DNA of 64,000 nt from Desulfamplus magnetovallimortis (GTDB taxonomy: Bacteria > Desulfobacterota > Desulfobacteria > Desulfobacterales > Desulfobacteraceae). The stretch covers positions 104,163 to 168,162 of the forward strand of contig NZ_LT828551.1 of NCBI RefSeq assembly GCF_900170035.1. The letters run 5' to 3'. Shown here piece by piece: positions 59,465 through 64,000 of this stretch. Position numbers and translations under genes: made by a program. The first letter of the stretch is position 1, and each line of letters begins with the position of its first letter. The notes below the pieces were generated by a model that was not told the origin of the DNA, searched no databases, and saw only the letters and a list, made by a program, of their open reading frames with translations.

Positions 59465-60568
59465 ATGGAATGGACAGACCAAATGACAACTGCACGAATA
59501 ATTGATTATCTTCCTGATATTTATAATGGAATCCTACCCGATTTTTTTGAAAAAACAATTCCAAGGGAAACGGCTGCCACATGTGAAAGTTGTGCCATGT
59601 GGCAGCCTGCAACAACATCGGGCAAGGAAAACAAGACTTTGAGATCCTTTTCCAGGGAAAGCAAATGCTGCACCCATTATCCCAATATCCCCAACTATCT
59701 CCTTGGGGGATTTCTCTCCCATAAAAAAAGTGACGATGCCAAAAAAATCCTGGATATTATTTCAAATAGCCCAGGTCACACCCCAAGGGGTATAGTTCGC
59801 CCCAAAAAAATTCAATTCCTTATGGAGAATTCCCAACGCAGCTTTTTTGGAAGATCAAAAACCCTTATATGTCCATTTTTTGACAAGGAAAAAGGATATT
59901 GCACCATAAGACCCTTTTGGGATGCTGTGTGCAACACCTGGTTTTGTAAGTATGTCAAAGGTTATGATGGATTTCAGTTCTGGGTGGCGATTCGGAAATA
60001 TTTAAGCTATGTGGAACAGAGTTTAATACAATTTGCCATGTACAACTTGAATTGTAATCCCGAAAATATAGAAAACCTGGTTTCCAATGAACAGCCAGGG
60101 CCTTTATCACTGGGAGATCTTGACGATTTGCCTCTGGATAGAAATAGGTATCTTTCGCAATGGGGAAAATGGGCTGGACGTGAAATAGAATTTTATAAAA
60201 AATGTTATGAACTGGTCTTAAAAATGACAAGGCCGCAGTTTGAAGAGATTACAGGTATTACCCAGAAAATAAACCTTGCCGTTGTAAAATCAAAATACAG
60301 TGATCTTTTCTCCACAGATCTGCCCAGGGTATTAAAGAAAAATTCGTCCATGGTTGAAGAAAAGATAGAAGGGGATCAATATCTGATCATGGGTTATTCC
60401 ATGATCGACCCATTTCTAGTACCCAAAAAACTCTATGAAATACTAAGTTTTTTTGATGGTAACCAGGATGTTGAAGCTACCTGCAAAATGATAAAAGAGC
60501 ATACCGGTTTTGTCCCTGACCATGACCTGCTTGTGGAACTTTACCGCTTCAGGATTCTTACTACTTGA
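59465..60568 (+). CDS. Cysteine-rich protein of unrecognised family (C-x2-C...CC and C-x9-C-x9-C-x4-C clusters), co-transcribed with the GG-leader precursor; candidate peptide-modifying or accessory enzyme
   Basis: CESCAMW...KCCTHYP and CPFFDKEKGYCTIRPFWDAVCNTWFC; weak resemblance to YkgJ/FliB-type CxxCxxCC metal-binding proteins, not confident. Confidence 0.5.
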   Translation: MEWTDQMTTARIIDYLPDIYNGILPDFFEKTIPRETAATCESCAMWQPATTSGKENKTLRSFSRESKCCTHYPNIPNYLLGGFLSHKKSDDAKKILDIISNSPGHTPRGIVRPKKIQFLMENSQRSFFGRSKTLICPFFDKEKGYCTIRPFWDAVCNTWFCKYVKGYDGFQFWVAIRKYLSYVEQSLIQFAMYNLNCNPENIENLVSNEQPGPLSLGDLDDLPLDRNRYLSQWGKWAGREIEFYKKCYELVLKMTRPQFEEITGITQKINLAVVKSKYSDLFSTDLPRVLKKNSSMVEEKIEGDQYLIMGYSMIDPFLVPKKLYEILSFFDGNQDVEATCKMIKEHTGFVPDHDLLVELYRFRILTT

Positions 60569-60643
60569 ATCTATATATTTTGAGTCTATGCTTTTTGAGT
60601 TTTTTAATTTTTGAATTGATTGTACCCTGTTTGCATTGTTCTC

Positions 60644-60667
60644 CCCCTCTCCAGAGATGGAGAGGGG
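60644..60667. terminator. Hairpin cccctctcca-gaga-tggagagggg between convergent genes, followed by a G-run
   Basis: Read directly. Confidence 0.4.
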
Positions 60668-60713
60668 CAGGGGGGTGAGGTTTGGCAAACTGGATGATCA
60701 AAAAACGGAACAC

Positions 60714-61121
60714 TTACATATTTCCATTGAGCCATATTTGAAAAGCCATCTCTCGAACCATATTTTTTGTATCGTCATGGGATAGAAGAGCATCCATGGT
60801 GATCTCTTTTTCAAGCTTGTCCTTTAGGTGTTCAATAATGATACTTGTCTCAATATGATTTTCCAGTGCTTCAAGGGTAACTCCTTTGGATTTTATCCAT
60901 GCTTCTGTGTCCTCAGCCTTATTAAGTCCATGGGCAGCCCTGAAGCTGTCAAAGGCCCCTTGCAGTTCCTGGTCAGTTACTTCCATCCCCATTTTTTTTG
61001 CATTGTCAGCAGCAACCTTTCTTTGGAAAAGATTTGCCAGAGCAGGCTTTAATTTGTCTGTAATTTTAAGATAGTCAAATATTTCATTCTGGGTAAACTC
61101 CAAATCTTTTATTTTAATCAT
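60714..61121 (-). CDS. SurA/PrsA N-terminal chaperone-domain-like protein (no isomerase domain)
   Basis: VTDQELQGAFDSFRAAHGLN parallels ISVSDEELTQFSDHYRLITGLN of the adjacent parvulin protein's N-domain. Confidence 0.45.
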   Translation of the reverse strand: MIKIKDLEFTQNEIFDYLKITDKLKPALANLFQRKVAADNAKKMGMEVTDQELQGAFDSFRAAHGLNKAEDTEAWIKSKGVTLEALENHIETSIIIEHLKDKLEKEITMDALLSHDDTKNMVREMAFQIWLNGNM

Positions 61122-61140
61122 TGCGTGCCTCCTTAAATCT

Positions 61141-61770
61141 TTACGATGTTTTTTTGCTATCCGTAACAGTAAATGGTTGATTTATTATTCCACTGCACCA
61201 TTCATTCCAAATAACCTCTTCAACAACCCTTTGTACCTCCTCACTTTCAGGCGATGGTTTTATAAGTTCTTCAAGTTTTACAATATAATGGAAACCATCA
61301 ACCTCAAGGGGATCTATTATCGTGCCAGGCTCGGATGTGAAAATTTTGGATGCTAAATCAGAAGGAAGCATATTTCTGTATATAATTCCAACATAACCGG
61401 ATTTCCACTTGAGATCATCATCTGTGTTGTATTGCCTTGCAAGGGTATGAAAATCCTCTCCATCCTCTTCAATTCGCATCATAAGTTCATTTGCAAGGTT
61501 CTTTGAATCAACTATGATTTGGGATATCCTTGCCTTTTCAAACTCTGCTCTGTGTGCCATATAATAATCAAGAACACTCTTTTGCGTGGCCATCTCTTTT
61601 TTTATCTTTGAAATTAATATTTTTGCTTCACATAAATCTTCATATATATCCTGGTTAATGGCAATGCGATGGAAAAAGGCAAGGGTTTCATCTGCTGAAT
61701 TTAAACCTGTTATTAACCTGTAATGATCTGAAAATTGTGTCAGCTCTTCATCTGAAACAGATATACCCAT
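61141..61770 (-). CDS. Parvulin-type peptidyl-prolyl isomerase with N-terminal chaperone-like domain
   Basis: ARISQIIV...EDGEDFHTLARQYNTDDDLKWKSGYVGIIYRNMLPSDLASKIFTSEPGTIIDPLEVDGFHYIVKLEE matches the parvulin/rotamase fold pattern. Confidence 0.7.
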   Translation of the reverse strand: MGISVSDEELTQFSDHYRLITGLNSADETLAFFHRIAINQDIYEDLCEAKILISKIKKEMATQKSVLDYYMAHRAEFEKARISQIIVDSKNLANELMMRIEEDGEDFHTLARQYNTDDDLKWKSGYVGIIYRNMLPSDLASKIFTSEPGTIIDPLEVDGFHYIVKLEELIKPSPESEEVQRVVEEVIWNEWCSGIINQPFTVTDSKKTS

Positions 61771-62045
61771 CTCCTCTGCCTTTTGGAAAATCTCCTTGAT
61801 ATGTACAATTTCAGATAAAATCTTGTCAGCCCTGCCTGAAAAAAAGAGATAGGTTATTATTTCTTCTGGTTGAATTGCATTATATTGAACAGAATCAGAC
61901 TGAGTAGAACCGGATTTTGCAGAACCGGATTGAATGGAGAGATGTTTTTTTTATGAAAATTCCATGTTTTTACAATTTGGAGGTTTTCATTATTGTTTTG
62001 GGGAAGTGATTCGTCATGGCAGTTATACAAAATTTCCATATATTT

Positions 62046-62255
62046 ACTCCTTTGATATATCATCATCAAGGTCAGGGTACAATTCCTTTGTACAATCAGG
62101 GCAGATTCCATGGCTAAAATGGGCATTGGAATGTTCCATGATAAAAGTTTCCAGTTGATTCCAATATCCACTGTCATCCCTGATTTTTTTGCAGGATGCA
62201 CATATTGGGATTAAACCGCTCAAAGTCTTGACCTGATTTAAGGCAGTCTGGAGTT
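62046..62255 (-). pseudogene. Start-less 70-codon remnant encoding the Cys-rich module ...PICASCKKIRDDSGYWNQLETFIMEHSNAHFSHGICPDCTKELYPDLDDDISKE*, the same domain as the C-terminus of the response regulator at 12168-12875
   Basis: Manual translation of the minus-strand frame; the frame opens right after a TAG with no usable start codon; the overlapping track ORF (61857-62201) is in a different frame. Confidence 0.45.
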
Positions 62256-62389
62256 GCTAAAAAATGATTTTGCTGTTTCAAGGGCAATCAATTTCGTTTT
62301 TTGCTTTTCATATTTAACATTTAAACATAGCAAGATTGAAACTATGACAATCCATATTGAAACTGTAATGTATGTAATTAATTTGATTT

Positions 62390-63703
62390 TCATGGGGTTT
62401 TAAAAGCAGATACCTTATTATAAAAAATGGAAAGCAGGCTTTTCTTTTCGGTAATCATTTCAGCAACTGCAGTCATTCCGGGTTTTAAGGGACAAGATCG
62501 TCCATGTACATTAAATGATCTATTATTTAATGCCCCTTTTACCTTATATACAAACACTCCATGTTTTTCCTCAATGGCTGAGGGAGATATGGCAATTACA
62601 TATCCGTTAATTGTTCCATAATCCCTATGGGGAAATGCATCAAATTTATATTTTACAGGCATATCAACTTCAATGAAACCAATATCTTTGTTTGCAACTG
62701 TGATATCCATATAATATGGTTCATCTGCTGGAATAACAGTACATAAAACAGTTGATGGGTTTACATATTCTCCTTTGTTTAAAAAAAATAGCCTGGAAAC
62801 AATGCCGGATTTTGGTGTAAAAATGTTATACTCCCCTGTTTTTTCATTGGAAAGTGCATTAACTTTACTGGAACCATTAAATTGCAATTCATTTTGGAGC
62901 TTTCTAAGCTTTGCCTGTAAGGAGTTCATGGTATTTTTCTGTTCAAGCAATATGTTTTCTATTTTTTTATCAATAATATTTTCTTGATTTTTCTTTTCAG
63001 CCTCTGTTTTTTTAATATTTTGGGCAATAATATCCTTCTCTTTTAGAAAAATACGTTTTTGTGAATCAAGTTTTTTAACTTCGGTTTTTGCCAATTCAAG
63101 GCGTCCTTTTACGCTATTATATTCAGCAATGGATGTTAATTGCTTTTTGAAAAGTATCTGGGTATTTAAAAACTCCTGCTTTCGATTTTCGATCTCTTTT
63201 TTCCAGTAAGTAAAGTCACTTTGAACCTGTTCAAGGGATATGGATATTTTTTCCATGGAAAGAGCAAAGGAGTGTTTCATATTTTCCAGCTCATCTTTTA
63301 AGTACTCTATCTCTGTTTCCATGGCATCAATAAGGCTTTTATAGTATCCTTTTTTAAATTCAATCTCTTCCTGAACAGATTTCAGTTCTGAATATTGGGA
63401 CATATTGATTCTGGTTTTTATGGTAAAAAGTAGATCTCCTTCATCCACAAAAGCACCATTTTCTATGGATATCTTATCTATAAAACCATGAAATTCAGAT
63501 ACCACCTGCATTTCATGGGACAAGGGGCGGACAATAGCACTGCCTTCACGGATGATATCCACTTTACAAAGGGCGGAATAGAACAAAATAGATATAATTG
63601 CCAAAAAAATAATGTAAAGTATCCCCCTGGCATAGATGGAGGGCATACGCTTTAATTGCTCAACAACAAAAAAATTATCATAATTTTCATTGGTTGATAA
63701 CAA
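62390..63703 (-). CDS. HlyD-family membrane-fusion (type I secretion / bacteriocin export) protein
   Basis: N-terminal TM, long coiled-coil, C-terminal beta-barrel ...GMTAVAEMIT.KKSLL..F..; family-typical. Confidence 0.85.
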   Translation of the reverse strand: MLSTNENYDNFFVVEQLKRMPSIYARGILYIIFLAIISILFYSALCKVDIIREGSAIVRPLSHEMQVVSEFHGFIDKISIENGAFVDEGDLLFTIKTRINMSQYSELKSVQEEIEFKKGYYKSLIDAMETEIEYLKDELENMKHSFALSMEKISISLEQVQSDFTYWKKEIENRKQEFLNTQILFKKQLTSIAEYNSVKGRLELAKTEVKKLDSQKRIFLKEKDIIAQNIKKTEAEKKNQENIIDKKIENILLEQKNTMNSLQAKLRKLQNELQFNGSSKVNALSNEKTGEYNIFTPKSGIVSRLFFLNKGEYVNPSTVLCTVIPADEPYYMDITVANKDIGFIEVDMPVKYKFDAFPHRDYGTINGYVIAISPSAIEEKHGVFVYKVKGALNNRSFNVHGRSCPLKPGMTAVAEMITEKKSLLSIFYNKVSAFKTP

Positions 63704-63712
63704 TTGAGTCCA

Positions 63713-64000
63713 CTATATCCTCTGTTTTAGTTCCTTCCATAAATCTACAAAAGCCAGTGTTTCCTTTTCATCGGGGGCAAATTCAATCAAAGGCTTCTGA
63801 TGGATACCCATCTGTTCAATCAGGGATCTATATGGTATTGATACAGATAAACATGTGGGATCATGGGCACATTTTTCCATGGTCTCCCTGTGCATCTTTT
63901 TGCGGCTATCCAACATGTTAAAGAAAAACAATATTTCAGGTTTTTGACGAAGTGTACTCAAATGTTCCCTGATCTGGTTCAGGGATTGAATGGATAAAAT
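63713..64000 (-). CDS. ParA/MinD-family ATPase, C-terminal part only (gene continues beyond the window end)
   Basis: ...FFNMLDSRKKMHRETMEK....IPYRSLIEQMGIHQKPLIEFAPD resembles ParA C-termini; the frame is open to the window edge. Confidence 0.5.
   Translation of the reverse strand: MLSIQSLNQIREHLSTLRQKPEILFFFNMLDSRKKMHRETMEKCAHDPTCLSVSIPYRSLIEQMGIHQKPLIEFAPDEKETLAFVDLWKELKQRI

Noticed and set aside
59281-59505. 74-aa ORF (MDLNTHLPVAAIPDG...) after the precursor gene
   Set aside because: It starts inside the second copy of the 37-bp duplication, has no RBS, a low-complexity odd composition and contains the palindrome. More likely non-coding intercistronic sequence.
61857-62201. 114-aa track ORF (MHPAKKSGMTVDIGINWKLL...)
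   Set aside because: A different frame over the same DNA encodes a recognisable Cys-rich domain remnant. The track ORF has no family resemblance and is probably an artefact of that decayed gene.
1-64000. Scan of all ORF-free stretches for tRNA, rRNA and CRISPR arrays
   Set aside because: No T-arm/acceptor-like GTTCRAnYC motifs in plausible cloverleaf context, no rRNA-like conserved segments, and the tandem repeats present (31487-31593, 45228-45352, 40452-40567) lack spacers of unique sequence, so none is CRISPR.

Overview
This is a 64 kb AT-rich chromosomal segment that reads like a sulfate-reducer / Desulfobacterales-type deltaproteobacterium. That call rests only on gene content (many hybrid histidine kinases, GGDEF proteins, an iron-sulfur flavoprotein, FmdE, sigma-54-like motifs) and is inference. 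Most genes can be assigned a family from the translations. The content is mainly signal transduction: two hybrid sensor kinases, two GGDEF cyclases (one with four tandem periplasmic binding domains), a PAS-adenylate cyclase-hemerythrin protein and a CYTH protein. There are three toxin-antitoxin pairs (yefM/yoeB, higB/higA, RelE-family). A type I restriction-modification island at 36.3-42.9 kb carries embedded DUF1016 and four-helix-bundle genes, and its hsdR is frameshifted in a homopolymer run. Housekeeping blocks are aroB plus DAHP synthase, gap, rtcB, aat-clpA-clpS, secA and argC. Several repeat families are present: a MITE-like element in four or more copies, a conserved hairpin element in two copies, a 70 bp element in two copies, and various tandem repeats including in-frame ones inside argC and an SPFH gene. 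The most unusual region is the 3' third (53.1-63.7 kb). Beside an IS701-like transposase remnant there is a peptide export locus: a C39-peptidase ABC transporter with two N-terminal cyclic-nucleotide-binding domains, a TolC-like outer membrane protein and a distant HlyD. Divergent from these sits a 74-aa precursor with a textbook double-glycine leader and a cysteine-free, aromatic-rich core. It is followed by a 367-aa cysteine-rich protein of unrecognised family, two parvulin/SurA-like chaperone genes, and a decayed copy of a Cys-rich domain also found at the C-terminus of a response regulator elsewhere in the window. No tRNA, rRNA or CRISPR array was recognised.
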